This document shows, piece after piece, positions 36,604 through 45,981 of a DNA stretch of 64,000 nucleotides. Source of the DNA: an uncultured Solirubrobacterales bacterium (GTDB taxonomy: Bacteria > Actinomycetota > Thermoleophilia > Solirubrobacterales > 70-9); the NCBI GenBank assembly GCA_963745915.1, contig CAVUZA010000001.1, positions 14,622 to 78,621 on the forward strand, written 5' to 3'. The translations under genes were made by a program, and so were the position numbers. The notes beneath the pieces are model-generated. The model saw only the letters and a program-made list of their open reading frames with translations. It had not been told where the DNA came from and made no database searches. Numbering within the stretch: the first letter of the stretch is position 1; every line of letters starts with the position of its first letter.

Positions 36604-38235
36604 CTACTGGGCGGCGAGCAGCCACCACCAGCTCGGCTGGCCGCCCTCGTGGGTCTCGATCTCGACCCCGTCGGGGACGTGGGTGTCGAGCTCCCCGAGC
36701 CCGATCGGGGCGCCCTCGCCGGCGATCACGGTGACGATCTCCGCCCCCTCGGCAAGCCGCTCGACGGTGGCGGCGAAGGTCGTCCCCGCCCCGCCCCAGG
36801 CGACGATCTCGCCTTCGGCGAAGCCGACCGCGTCGCCCTTGCGGAAGCGGCCCTGGGCGTCGTCGCGGGCGGCCGGGGCGACGCCGCCGTTGGCGATCGA
36901 GCCGAGCGCCTGCTCGAGCCGCTCGGCGTTCTCGGCGGCCGGCGCGTCGGGGTCGAGCTCGACCAGGGTCAGCAGGCTTTTCTGCAGCGAGGTGGCGGCG
37001 AGGACGCGGGCCGGCTTCTCGGAGAGCTCGCAGGCGCGCTCGGCGGCCATCACCACGTTCTTGGAGCTGGGGAAGACGAGGACTTCGTCGGCCGGCACCT
37101 CGTGGATCCCGGCCAGCAGCTCGTAAGTCGAGGGGTTGAGCGTCTCGCCGCCGGGGACGACGTGGGCGCCGAGCTCGGCGAAGAGCCGCTCCAGGCCCTC
37201 CCCCGCCGCCACCGCGACGGCGCCGGTGCGGGCCGACTCGAGCCGGGCGCTGCGTTCGGCGATCTGCTCGCGCATGTCGGCGACGTCGAGGTTGGTCACC
37301 TCGCCGGCGCCCTCGAAGAGCGCCACCGCGGCCTCGGGCTCGTCGGTGTGGACGTGGACCTTGAGCGTCGCCTCGTCGCCGACGACGAGCACCGAGTCGC
37401 CCAGCCCCTCGAGCCGCGGCAGGTAGTCGCGGCTGTTGAGGCCGGCGCCGGCGACGATGAAGTTGGTGCAGTAGCGGAAGCGGCTGTCGGCGTGCTGGGG
37501 CTGGCTCAGCTGCGGCGCCTGCTGGTGGTCGACCGCGGGCGCCTCGGCGCCGTCGCCGCGCAGGCCGGCGACGACCCCGGCGAGGATCAGGACCAGGCCG
37601 TAGCCGCCGGCGTCGACCACGCCCGACTCGCGCAGCACGTCGAGCTGCTCGGGGGTGCGCTCGACCGCCCGCTGGCCGTCCTCGATCGCCCGCTCCAGCA
37701 CCTCGGCGAGGACCGCGTCCTGCTCGGCCTCGTCAACGCCCTTGTCGAGCCGCTGCTTGCCGGCCTCGAGGTGGGCGAGCTGGCGGGCGATCGAGTGGGC
37801 CATCTCGCGGAAGACGGTCAGCATCGTGCCCTCGGCCGGCTCGCGCACCGAGTCGTAGGCGGCGTCGGCGGCGCTGGCGAAGGCCGAGGCGACCAGCACC
37901 GGGTCGATCAGCTCGCCCGGGCGGCTGGCCAGCTCCTCGGCGGCGCCGCGCACGATCTGGCTGAGGATCACGCCCGAGTTGCCGCGCGCGCCCATCAGCG
38001 CCGCCCGGGCCAGGGCCTGGACCAGCTGGGTGCGGCCGACCTCGTCGACCTCGAGCCCGTCGAGCCGGTCGAGCTCCTCCATCACCGCCTTCATCGTCAT
38101 CGCCATGTTGTCGCCCGTGTCGCCGTCGGCGACCGGGAAGACGTTGAGGTCGTTGACCTCCTGGCGACGCGCCTCCAGGTATGCGTAGGCAGAACTGACT
38201 ACGCGCCGGAAGCGCACGATCGAGGGATCGGGCAT
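36604..38235 (-). CDS. DAK2 domain-containing protein (YloV-like)
   Basis: 543 aa. VFPVADGDTGDNMAMT, ARGNSGVILSQ. It occupies the conserved position between rpmB and recG. Confidence 0.88.
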   Translation of the reverse strand: MPDPSIVRFRRVVSSAYAYLEARRQEVNDLNVFPVADGDTGDNMAMTMKAVMEELDRLDGLEVDEVGRTQLVQALARAALMGARGNSGVILSQIVRGAAEELASRPGELIDPVLVASAFASAADAAYDSVREPAEGTMLTVFREMAHSIARQLAHLEAGKQRLDKGVDEAEQDAVLAEVLERAIEDGQRAVERTPEQLDVLRESGVVDAGGYGLVLILAGVVAGLRGDGAEAPAVDHQQAPQLSQPQHADSRFRYCTNFIVAGAGLNSRDYLPRLEGLGDSVLVVGDEATLKVHVHTDEPEAAVALFEGAGEVTNLDVADMREQIAERSARLESARTGAVAVAAGEGLERLFAELGAHVVPGGETLNPSTYELLAGIHEVPADEVLVFPSSKNVVMAAERACELSEKPARVLAATSLQKSLLTLVELDPDAPAAENAERLEQALGSIANGGVAPAARDDAQGRFRKGDAVGFAEGEIVAWGGAGTTFAATVERLAEGAEIVTVIAGEGAPIGLGELDTHVPDGVEIETHEGGQPSWWWLLAAQ

Positions 38236-38258
38236 CAGCGCGAAATCTAACTCCCACG

Positions 38259-40478
38259 GTGGCCGCCGCGTCCGCTACGGTGCTGCGCTCGATGCGACGC
38301 TTCGCGACATGGACCACCGGGCACCGCAAGACGGTGATCTTCGGCTGGATCGCGGCGCTGATCGTGGTCGGGATGGTCAGCGGCTCGGTCGGCTCCAACT
38401 TCACCGAAGAATTCAAGCTGCCCTCCTCCGACTCCCAGGAAGCCTTCGAGCTGCTCGAAGACCGCTTCCCGCAGCAGTCGGGCGTCACCGCTGAAATCGT
38501 CTACAAGGCCGAAGCGGGGGCCGAGGCGCCGGCCGTGCGGCGGCGGATGGAGCGCGTCTTCGCCGAGGCCGAAGCGCTGCCCCACGTCAGCGAAGTCGCC
38601 AGCCCCTACGTCGAGGGCGGCGCCGCCGCGGTCAGCGACGACGGCGAGATCGCCTACGCCACCGTCCAGTACGACGTCAGCACCGACAAGCTCGAGAAGG
38701 ACGACGTCAAGCGGCTGGTCGCGATCGCCCAGGGCGCCGGCGGCGAGGGGCTGCAGGTCGACGTCGGCGGCGCCCCGGTCGAGGAAGTGCGCGGCGAAGA
38801 AGAAGGCGACTCGTCGTTCGCGATCGGGCTGCTCGCTGCGGTCGTGATCCTGCTGATCACCTTCGGCTCGGCGGTGGCGATGGGCCTGCCGCTGCTCACC
38901 GCGCTCTTCGCGCTCGGCGTCGGCCTCAGCCTGGTCACGCTCGGCACCCACGTCTTCGACACCGCCGAGTTCGCCCCGCAGCTGGCGGCGATGATCGGCC
39001 TCGGCGTCGGCATCGACTACGCGCTGTTCATCCTCACCCGCTTCCGCAACGGCCTCGACGAGGGGATGGCGCCGCGCGACGCGGCGATCGCCGCGGTCGA
39101 CACCGCCGGCCGCGCCGTGCTCTTCGCCGGGATCACCGTGATCATCTCGCTGATGGGGATGCTGCTGCTCGGCATCAGCTTCCTCTACGGGGTGGCGATG
39201 GCGGCGGCGACGGCGGTGCTGTTCACGATGATCGCGGCGCTGACCCTGCTGCCGGCGCTGCTGACGATCGCCGGGCGGCGGGTCGACAAGCTGCGCATCC
39301 CCGGCCTCGGCAAGCGCCGACCCTCGACCGCCGAAGACACCCGCTGGTTCCGCTGGAGCCGCGAGATCCAGCGCCGCCCGGTCGCCTCCGCCCTGCTCTC
39401 CGGCGGCCTGCTGATCCTGCTCTGCGTGCCCACCCTCTCGCTGCGGCTCGGCTCCAACGACGCCGGCACCGACCCCGCCGGATCGACCACCCGCGAGGCC
39501 TACGAACTGCTCGCCGAGGGCTTCGGCCCCGGCTTCAACGGCCCCTTCTCGATGGTCGCGGCACTGCCCGGCAAGGGCGAGGACGGGGCCCTGGTCACCC
39601 TGCGCCGCCAGCTCGCCGACGAAGAAGGGGTGGCGAAAGTCACCTCGATCGTGCTCAACCCGGCCAAGAACACCGGTGTCTTCCAGCTCTACCCGACGAC
39701 CTCGCCACAGAGCGAGGCGACGACGGAACTGCTCGACCGCATCCGCGGCGACGTGCTGCCGCCGATCGAGGCGAAGACCGGGGCGCAGCTGCACGTCGGC
39801 GGCATCACCGCGATCTTCGAGGACTTCGGCGACGCGATCGCCGAGAAGCTGCCGCTCTTCATCGGCGTCGTCGTCCTGCTCTCGGCGCTGCTGCTGATGG
39901 CCGTCTTCCGCTCGGTGCTGGTGCCGCTGAAGGCGGTGGTGATGAACCTGCTCAGCATCGGCGCCGCCTTCGGCCTGATCGTCGCCGTCTTCCAGTGGGG
40001 CTGGGGCGCGAGCCTGATCGGCGTCGACGGCACCGGGCCGATCATCTCCTTCTTCCCGATCTTCCTCTTCGCGATCATCTTCGGGCTCTCGATGGACTAC
40101 GAGGTCTTCCTCATGTCGCGGATCCACGAGGAGTGGGAGCACAGCCGCGACGCCACCCTCTCGGTCACCCGCGGCCTGGCCCTGACCGGGCGGGTGATCA
40201 CCGCGGCGGCGGCGATCATGATCACCGTCTTCGCCTCCTTCATGATCGGCGACGACCGGATCATCAAACTCTTCGGCCTCGGCCTCGCCGCCGCCGTCTT
40301 CATCGACGCGGTGATCATCCGCTCGGTGCTGGTGCCGGCGATCATGCAGCTGCTCGGCAGGCGCGCCTGGTGGCTGCCCGACTGGCTCGACCGCATCCTC
40401 CCCCGCCTGCACGTCGAGCCCGCCGAGGGCGACCCCGCCCCAACCGGCGAGCACCCGGTAGTCCCCGCCGCCGACTAG
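38259..40478 (+). CDS. MMPL family (RND superfamily) membrane transporter
   Basis: 739 aa. Two 6-TM bundles with GVGIDYALFILTRFR and GLSMDYEVFLMSRIHEE motifs. Confidence 0.9.
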   Translation: MAAASATVLRSMRRFATWTTGHRKTVIFGWIAALIVVGMVSGSVGSNFTEEFKLPSSDSQEAFELLEDRFPQQSGVTAEIVYKAEAGAEAPAVRRRMERVFAEAEALPHVSEVASPYVEGGAAAVSDDGEIAYATVQYDVSTDKLEKDDVKRLVAIAQGAGGEGLQVDVGGAPVEEVRGEEEGDSSFAIGLLAAVVILLITFGSAVAMGLPLLTALFALGVGLSLVTLGTHVFDTAEFAPQLAAMIGLGVGIDYALFILTRFRNGLDEGMAPRDAAIAAVDTAGRAVLFAGITVIISLMGMLLLGISFLYGVAMAAATAVLFTMIAALTLLPALLTIAGRRVDKLRIPGLGKRRPSTAEDTRWFRWSREIQRRPVASALLSGGLLILLCVPTLSLRLGSNDAGTDPAGSTTREAYELLAEGFGPGFNGPFSMVAALPGKGEDGALVTLRRQLADEEGVAKVTSIVLNPAKNTGVFQLYPTTSPQSEATTELLDRIRGDVLPPIEAKTGAQLHVGGITAIFEDFGDAIAEKLPLFIGVVVLLSALLLMAVFRSVLVPLKAVVMNLLSIGAAFGLIVAVFQWGWGASLIGVDGTGPIISFFPIFLFAIIFGLSMDYEVFLMSRIHEEWEHSRDATLSVTRGLALTGRVITAAAAIMITVFASFMIGDDRIIKLFGLGLAAAVFIDAVIIRSVLVPAIMQLLGRRAWWLPDWLDRILPRLHVEPAEGDPAPTGEHPVVPAAD

Positions 40479-40792
40479 CTCGCCGAGGACCCGAGCTCGG
40501 CGATCAGCTCGGCGAACGCCTGGTGTTCGAGGCTCGCCTGGACGTAGTCGTTGGCGTCGTCGACGGCCTCGGCCATCTCGGCGACGTACTCGCGCAGGGC
40601 GCTGTCGTCGGGGAAGGCGCCGCCGTGCAGACCGTCGAGCAGGGCTTCGAAGATCGCCAGCCGCCGGCCGGCGCCGACGCGGTCCGGCCGGCCGCCGGTG
40701 CTGCTGCGGATTTCGGCGACGAGGTCGTCGCGCAACTGGGTGAAGGTCTCGATCAGGAACTCCCGCGAGCGACTGGCGATGCCGCACCGCAC
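40475..40792 (-). CDS. Hypothetical helical protein (105 aa)
   Basis: The GTG start is 1 nt after the stop of the upstream wHTH gene, suggesting translational coupling. No recognisable motif. Confidence 0.5.
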   Translation of the reverse strand: MRCGIASRSREFLIETFTQLRDDLVAEIRSSTGGRPDRVGAGRRLAIFEALLDGLHGGAFPDDSALREYVAEMAEAVDDANDYVQASLEHQAFAELIAELGSSAS

Positions 40793-40793
40793 C

Positions 40794-41048
40794 TCAGGAG
40801 TCCACCGCGGCCGTGAACAAGCGCCCGGAGTCGACCGGGACCACCAACTCCGCGTCCTGGAGCACCTTCAGGTGGTACTCGACCAGGCGCGGGCCCATAT
40901 CGAATGCCTGCGCCAGCTCCCCCGGCTCCGCCGCCGCCCCACCCCGCATCCGCTGCAGGTGCTCGAAGATCTGCATCCGCCCGTCGTGAGCGAGCGCCCG
41001 CTGGACCTCAACTCCCATCTCCGGCTGCTGACCGTCGTTGCCTTCCAT
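40794..41048 (-). CDS. Small ArsR-like winged-helix transcriptional regulator
   Basis: 84 aa. RMQIFEHL...GELAQAFDMGPRLVEYHLKVLQDAELV fits the ArsR/SmtB HTH pattern. Confidence 0.6.
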   Translation of the reverse strand: MEGNDGQQPEMGVEVQRALAHDGRMQIFEHLQRMRGGAAAEPGELAQAFDMGPRLVEYHLKVLQDAELVVPVDSGRLFTAAVDS

Positions 41049-41067
41049 GTTCCGCCCCTCTGCTCCT

Positions 41068-41119
41068 AGTCCCCGGGGCCTGATCGCTGACGACCTGAGG
41101 GGATCGCACCCCGGGGACT
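41068..41119. repeat. Inverted repeat AGTCCCCGGGG / 30 nt / CCCCGGGGACT between two wHTH genes
   Basis: Perfect 11-nt arms, followed on the plus strand by a T-rich tract (CTCTTTGTTTTTGG). Possible terminator or operator. Confidence 0.5.
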
Positions 41120-41229
41120 GGAGACGATGACCAAAGAGCCAGTCACTCTTTGTTTTTGGAGTAGTCGCAGGGTTTCATATGGGAATCAGCTGGTCTATAC
41201 CCAGTTTTAAAACGAATGTCGCCGGAAGT

Positions 41230-41868
41230 TTAGTCCTGGCCAAAGGAGAACTGGGAGGGCGGTGCGTCCTTCGCCCGCTCGAAGCAGTAGACGGCGATGA
41301 CGTATTTCTTGCCCTTCTCCCCGGACTTCGCCCGGCGATTCGCTGCTTCACCAGCGATCTCGTGTTTGCGCTCCCAGGATCTGGCGTCCTCATCGGCCAT
41401 GTCCGCTCGGCCTTGCTCGTCAAGCAAGAGCCAGTTCCAAGCGAGCATCACCCGTGGGTGGTCGTGCAACGTGCCGGCCCACAGCGCGGCCAGCGCCTCG
41501 CTCGTCGCACTCTGGATGATCAGCGCAGCCAGCGCCTTTCGATCGGCGGGATCCATGGCTGCGAGTTCCTCTTCCGAGTATTCGGGCAACTCGGTCACCG
41601 CGTAGAAATGCTGGTTGATCCGGCCGCGTACGCGCCGGGTCCAGGCGATTTCGATCGAGCCGTCCTCGTACAGCGCCTCGACATGGTGCGCGATTGAGCT
41701 CAAGGGCCTCCCCAGCGCCTTCGACAGTTCGTCCAGGCACATCGGACCCTCGTGTAGCGCAGCGCGAATTTCGATCCGGATCCGGTGCCCAAGGCCGTAG
41801 CTGACCGCATCCTCGACGCCGTGTTTGCCCTTGCCCAGCCTGCGAATTGCCGTCAACACGTTCGACAT
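41230..41868 (-). CDS. ArsR-like wHTH protein with a C-terminal extension (212 aa)
   Basis: RIRIEIRAALHEGPMCLDELSKALGRPLSSIAHHVEALYEDGSIE (wHTH) plus a ~120-aa C-terminal domain. Lower G+C. Confidence 0.65.
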   Translation of the reverse strand: MSNVLTAIRRLGKGKHGVEDAVSYGLGHRIRIEIRAALHEGPMCLDELSKALGRPLSSIAHHVEALYEDGSIEIAWTRRVRGRINQHFYAVTELPEYSEEELAAMDPADRKALAALIIQSATSEALAALWAGTLHDHPRVMLAWNWLLLDEQGRADMADEDARSWERKHEIAGEAANRRAKSGEKGKKYVIAVYCFERAKDAPPSQFSFGQD

Positions 41869-42134
41869 CTGCCTTCTCCTTGACCAAAAATAGATCGACG
41901 ATCACGAAGTTTACGGCCGTTATCGAAATACAAAGAAACTTCAGGCGCCTCTCTACCGTCTGGTCCCTGCCGGCGATTCCTCGCCGGCTTGATGGCAAAA
42001 GGGAGGTGAGAGGCGATGAAGATCGCTTCGATCACGCCGGTCATGTCGACCGTGCGCATCATGAAGCACTCCTAGCGAGTGCTCGGCGGGCCGGCCTCCG
42101 GCTACACGCACGTTGGCGGGGGCCGGCCCGTTGC

Positions 42135-42353
42135 TCAGCGCAGGAGATCCGCGGGCGGGATCTCCAGGGCTCGGGCCAGGCGGACGACGGTCGACACGCG
42201 CGGGTCGCGCTTGCCGGACTCGATCCGGGAGACCTCGGTCGGGTGGACGCCGCTGCGGTGCCCAACCTCCTCCTGGCTCATCCCAAGCCGAACGCGCTCG
42301 GCGCGCAGGTTCTTCCCAAGATCGCCCACGCCGTGCATGCTCTGCACCAACAC
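42135..42353 (-). CDS. XRE-family helix-turn-helix transcriptional regulator
   Basis: 72 aa. LRAERVRLGMSQEEVGHRSGVHPTEVSRIESGKRDPRVSTVVRLARALEI. Confidence 0.85.
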   Translation of the reverse strand: MLVQSMHGVGDLGKNLRAERVRLGMSQEEVGHRSGVHPTEVSRIESGKRDPRVSTVVRLARALEIPPADLLR

Positions 42354-42579
42354 ACGACTTCGCCATAGGAAACTTCACAAGTCAGGAAGGCTACAGCAGA
42401 GAGGGGGAGGTGATTGCGATGACCATCGGCAAGGCTCAACCGACTGCTCCGCTCGTGCACATAGTCAAGCAACGCTGACTGAGGTCGTAGGACCAAGCGA
42501 GGGCGTGCCGGCGGCGGAGCCACAGTGCTTCAGCACGGGGCGAAGCCGCCGGTGCGGCATCGCGCCGTGTCCTACGGCC

Positions 42580-42771
42580 TCAGGCCGCCTTGACGACCTT
42601 GTTGGCCTTTAGACAGCGCGTGCAGACGTAGGCGCGCAGCTTGCGGCCGTTCTCGGCGATGCGGACCTTCTGCAGGTTCGGGTCGAAGCGCCGCTTGGTG
42701 GCGACCATCGAGTGGCTGCGGGACTGGCCGAAACCGGGTCCCTTGCCGCAGCTGTGGCATACCTTGGCCAT
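42580..42771 (-). CDS. rpmB: 50S ribosomal protein L28 (Cys-containing form)
   Basis: MAKVCHSCGKGPGFGQSRSHSMVATKRRFDPNLQKVR...CTRCLK. The track ORF starts 4 codons upstream. Confidence 0.93.
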   Translation of the reverse strand: MAKVCHSCGKGPGFGQSRSHSMVATKRRFDPNLQKVRIAENGRKLRAYVCTRCLKANKVVKAA

Positions 42772-42889
42772 CGGGTCGGGCATGGTAGCGGGATCGGTGG
42801 TTAGCTAAGTAGACTAACTGCCAGGAATCGCAAACTTCCGTCCGTCAGGGGGGAGAGAAATGGCCGCTGAAGGCTTGGACAGGGTGAAC

Positions 42890-43160
42890 ATGCACGAGGC
42901 GAAGACGCAGGCTGTCGAAGCTCGTCGCTCGCGTGGAGAAAGGAGAGGAGATCGTGATCACCCGATCTGGGAAGCCGGCGGCGAAGCTGGTGCCGGTGGC
43001 AGAGAAGAAGCCACCACGGCGCAAGCTCGGCGGCTGGGAGGGCAAGGGCTTCTGGATGGCCTCCGAGGAGGAGATGGCGAAGGTCGACCAGGAAATCGCC
43101 GAAGATTTCTACGGCCCCGAAGAGGAGTGGCCGGACGAGTGGAAGCGACCGGCGAAATGA
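42890..43160 (+). pseudogene. Phd/YefM-type antitoxin, with an apparent 1-nt insertion at about 42910-42911
   Basis: ATG 42890: MHEAKTQ in the frame of ORF 42860. The sequence continues LSKLVARVEKGEEIVITRSGKPAAKLVPV... in the frame of ORF 42933..43160. The 271-nt length is 1 mod 3. Confidence 0.8.
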
Positions 43161-43537
43161 GGCTCCTGCTCGACACCAATGCGCTGATCTGGTCGCTGGC
43201 GCACCATGAGCGCCTCTCCCCGGGCGCAAGCAGCGCGATCGAAGACCCTGGGAACGATGTCTTCGTCAGCGTTGTCAGCGCCTGGGAGATCGAGATCAAG
43301 ACAGCCAAGGGGAAGCTCCACCAGCCCACCGACCTGCGAGCCGCCCTCGGCGCCCAGGGCTTCGCGCCCCTGAACCTGGAGATGAAGCACGTGCTCGCGG
43401 TCGAATCGCTGCCCCGTCATCACCGCGACCCCTTCGACCGCATCCTGGTCGCCCAGGCCCAGGTCGAGGGGCTGACCCTGGTCACCTCCGACCGCGAGAT
43501 CCGCCACTACCCGGTTGCCGTCCTGCCGGCGACCTAG
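43157..43537 (+). CDS. vapC: PIN-domain toxin VapC
   Basis: The ATG overlaps the antitoxin stop (ATGA). MRLLLDTNALIW...SVVSAWEIEIK...HRDPFDRILVAQA...LVTSDREI (four acidic PIN residues). Confidence 0.88.
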   Translation: MRLLLDTNALIWSLAHHERLSPGASSAIEDPGNDVFVSVVSAWEIEIKTAKGKLHQPTDLRAALGAQGFAPLNLEMKHVLAVESLPRHHRDPFDRILVAQAQVEGLTLVTSDREIRHYPVAVLPAT

Positions 43538-44052
43538 GTCGCGCCGGCCCGCCAGCGGTACGGGTTGACCTGGCCCTTGAGCGCGGTCATGCGGGCGACG
43601 GTGAGGGCGGCGTTGCGGCCCTGGTCGCGCTTGCCGCCGCCGGCGCGGGCGAGGGCCTGCTCCATCGTGTCGCAGGTGATCACGCCGAAGGCGCAGGGGA
43701 CGCCGGTCTCCAGCTGCACGTCCTGGATGCCGCGCGCCGCCTCGGCGCAGACGAAGTCGTAGTGGTCAGTCTCGCCGCGGATCACGACGCCGAGGCAGGC
43801 GACGCCGGCGACGCGGCCGCTGGTCGCGTGCAGCTTGGCGGCGAAGGGCAGCTCGTAAGCGCCGGGCACCGAGGTCTCGGCGATCGAGGCAGCCGGCACG
43901 CCGGCCAGCTCGAAGCCTTCGCGGGCGCCGCTCAGCAGGCGTTCGGCCAGGTCCTCGTAGAAGCGGCCGACGCAGACCGCGAACTCGAGCCCGGCAAGCG
44001 CCTCGCGCTCCTCCTCGGAGAAGCCCTCGAGGAAGGCGCCCGACTCAGCCAT
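43534..44052 (-). CDS. ribH: 6,7-dimethyl-8-ribityllumazine synthase
   Basis: 172 aa. [38 protein letters not shown]. Confidence 0.93.
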   Translation of the reverse strand: MAESGAFLEGFSEEEREALAGLEFAVCVGRFYEDLAERLLSGAREGFELAGVPAASIAETSVPGAYELPFAAKLHATSGRVAGVACLGVVIRGETDHYDFVCAEAARGIQDVQLETGVPCAFGVITCDTMEQALARAGGGKRDQGRNAALTVARMTALKGQVNPYRWRAGAT

Positions 44053-45379
44053 CGGCCGGCCCCGGCGCGTCGGCGTCGCGCTCGTCCTCGTCGTGGATCA
44101 TCTCCTCGTCGAAGGCGAGGCCCTGGTGGTGCAGCGAGTGGCCCATCTTGTCGCGCTTGGCCCGCAGGTAGGCCTCGTTGTGGGCGTTGGGCGCCGACTC
44201 GATCGGCACCTGCTCGGCGACCGAGAGCCCGTAGCCCTCGAGGCCGACGATCTTCTTCGGGTTGTTGGTCAGGATGCGGATGCTGGTCAGGCCGAGGTCG
44301 CCGAGGATCTGGGCGCCGATCCCGTAGTCGCGCAGGTCGGCCGGCAGGCCGAGCTTGAGGTTGGCCTCGACCGTGTCGGCCCCCTCCTCCTGCAGCTTGT
44401 AGGCGCGCAGCTTGTTGAGCAGGCCGATGCCGCGCCCCTCCTGGGAGAGGTAGAGCAGCACCCCGCGCCCCTCGCGCTCGATCTGGGTCAGGGCGGCGAC
44501 CAGCTGCTCGCCGCAGTCGCAGCGCATGCTGTGGAAGACGTCGCCGGTCAGGCACTCGCTGTGGACGCGGACGAGCACGTCCGCGGCCCCCTCGACGTCG
44601 CCCTTGACCATCGCCACGTGGTGCTTGTCGTCGACCAGCGAGCGGTAGCCGACCGCGGTGAAGTCGCCGAACTCGGTCGGCAGCGCCGTGTCGACCACCC
44701 GTTCGACCAGCTTCTCGGTGCGCCGCCGGTAGGCGATCAGGTCGGCGACGGTGACCATCTTCAGCCCGTGGCGCTCGCAGTAGGGGACGAGGTCGGGGAC
44801 GCGGGCCATCGTGCCGTCGTCGTTCATCACCTCGCAGATCACCCCGGCCGGAGTGAGCCCGGCGAGCCGGGCGAGGTCGACGCTGGCCTCGGTGTGGCCG
44901 GTGCGCTCGAGCACGCCGCCCTCCTTGGCGCGCAGCGGGAACATGTGGCCGGGGACGACGATGTCGCGCGGCCCGGAGCCGGGGTCGATCGCAACCTGGA
45001 TCGTGTGGGCGCGGTCGTGGGCGGAGATCCCGGTGCTGACCCCGCCGGCGGCCTCGATCGTGACCGTGAAGGCGGTCTGCAGCGGCGCCTCGTTCTTGGC
45101 CGCCATCAGGTTGAGGCCGAGCTTCTCGCAGCGCTCGGCGGTCAGCGCCAGGCAGATCAGGCCGCGCGCCTCCTTGGCCATGAAGTTGACCGCCTCCGGG
45201 GTCGCGAACTGGGCCGCCATCACCAGGTCGCCCTCGTTCTCGCGGTCCTCGCCGTCGCAGACGACGACCATGCGCCCGGCGCGGATCTCCTCGATCGCCT
45301 CCTCGATCGTCGCGAACGGGCTCTCCCCCGCCCCGCCCGGCGCTGCCTCTGTCTTCTCGGTCTCGGTCATCTCGCTCAC
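44045..45379 (-). CDS. ribBA: Bifunctional 3,4-dihydroxy-2-butanone-4-phosphate synthase / GTP cyclohydrolase II
   Basis: 444 aa. [54 protein letters not shown]. Confidence 0.95.
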   Translation of the reverse strand: MSEMTETEKTEAAPGGAGESPFATIEEAIEEIRAGRMVVVCDGEDRENEGDLVMAAQFATPEAVNFMAKEARGLICLALTAERCEKLGLNLMAAKNEAPLQTAFTVTIEAAGGVSTGISAHDRAHTIQVAIDPGSGPRDIVVPGHMFPLRAKEGGVLERTGHTEASVDLARLAGLTPAGVICEVMNDDGTMARVPDLVPYCERHGLKMVTVADLIAYRRRTEKLVERVVDTALPTEFGDFTAVGYRSLVDDKHHVAMVKGDVEGAADVLVRVHSECLTGDVFHSMRCDCGEQLVAALTQIEREGRGVLLYLSQEGRGIGLLNKLRAYKLQEEGADTVEANLKLGLPADLRDYGIGAQILGDLGLTSIRILTNNPKKIVGLEGYGLSVAEQVPIESAPNAHNEAYLRAKRDKMGHSLHHQGLAFDEEMIHDEDERDADAPGPADG

Positions 45380-45981
45380 GGCCGCTCCTTCCGGGCGGAT
45401 GGCTCCGCCAGTCGCTCAACATACTTGGCCACCAGATCGCACTCGACGTTGATCCGGTCCCCCGGCTTCAGCGCGCCGAGGCTGGTCCGCTCCAGGGTCT
45501 CGGGGATCAGGGAAACGGCAAGCCAAGAATCGCCCAAATCGGCGATCGTCAGGCTGACCCCGGCGAGCGCGACCGAGCCCTTGTCGATCGCGTAGCGCAG
45601 CAGCCCCGGCTCGAGCCCGACCCGCAGGCGGCGGGCGAAGCCGTCGTCCTCGAGCGCGAGCACCTCGCCCACGCCGTCGACGTGGCCCTGGACGATGTGG
45701 CCGCCGAGCCGGTCGGAGGCGCGCAGCGCCAGCTCCAGGTTGACGCGGGCGCCGGGCTCAAGGCCGTCAAGGGCGGTGACCGCCAGCGTCTGGTTCATCG
45801 CCTCGGTCGCGAAGCCCTCGCCGTCGACCGCGGTCGCGGTCAGGCAGACGCCGTCGACCGCGACCGAGTCGCCCTCGCCGACCTGCGGCGCCAGCGCCGT
45901 CGCGATCCGCAGCCGGGCGCCCTCCTCGCCGCGCTCGAGCGCGGCGACGGTGCCGACGTCCTGGATCAGCCCGGTGAACAT
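45376..45981 (-). CDS. ribE: Riboflavin synthase alpha chain
   Basis: The ATG at 45979-45981 shares one base with the rib[28 protein letters not shown], and a second repeat [10 protein letters not shown]. Confidence 0.92.
   Translation of the reverse strand: MFTGLIQDVGTVAALERGEEGARLRIATALAPQVGEGDSVAVDGVCLTATAVDGEGFATEAMNQTLAVTALDGLEPGARVNLELALRASDRLGGHIVQGHVDGVGEVLALEDDGFARRLRVGLEPGLLRYAIDKGSVALAGVSLTIADLGDSWLAVSLIPETLERTSLGALKPGDRINVECDLVAKYVERLAEPSARKERP

Noticed and set aside
36578-36604. 7-bp stem (GCAGCGG...CCGCTGC) after the DAK2 stop, as a terminator.
   Set aside because: The stem is short, the loop is 13 nt, and there is no T-tract.
41853-42062. 69-aa ORF between the XRE gene and the 212-aa wHTH gene.
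   Set aside because: It has no motif, an odd composition and overlaps the downstream gene start. The evidence is insufficient to call a gene.
2895-42911. Programmed ribosomal frameshifting or genuine pseudogenisation as the explanation for the nine indels.
   Set aside because: There are no slippery heptamers or stimulatory structures at the sites. The affected genes include several that are normally essential (ftsY, smc, plsX). The placement at palindrome centres fits a technical cause better. It still needs read-level confirmation.
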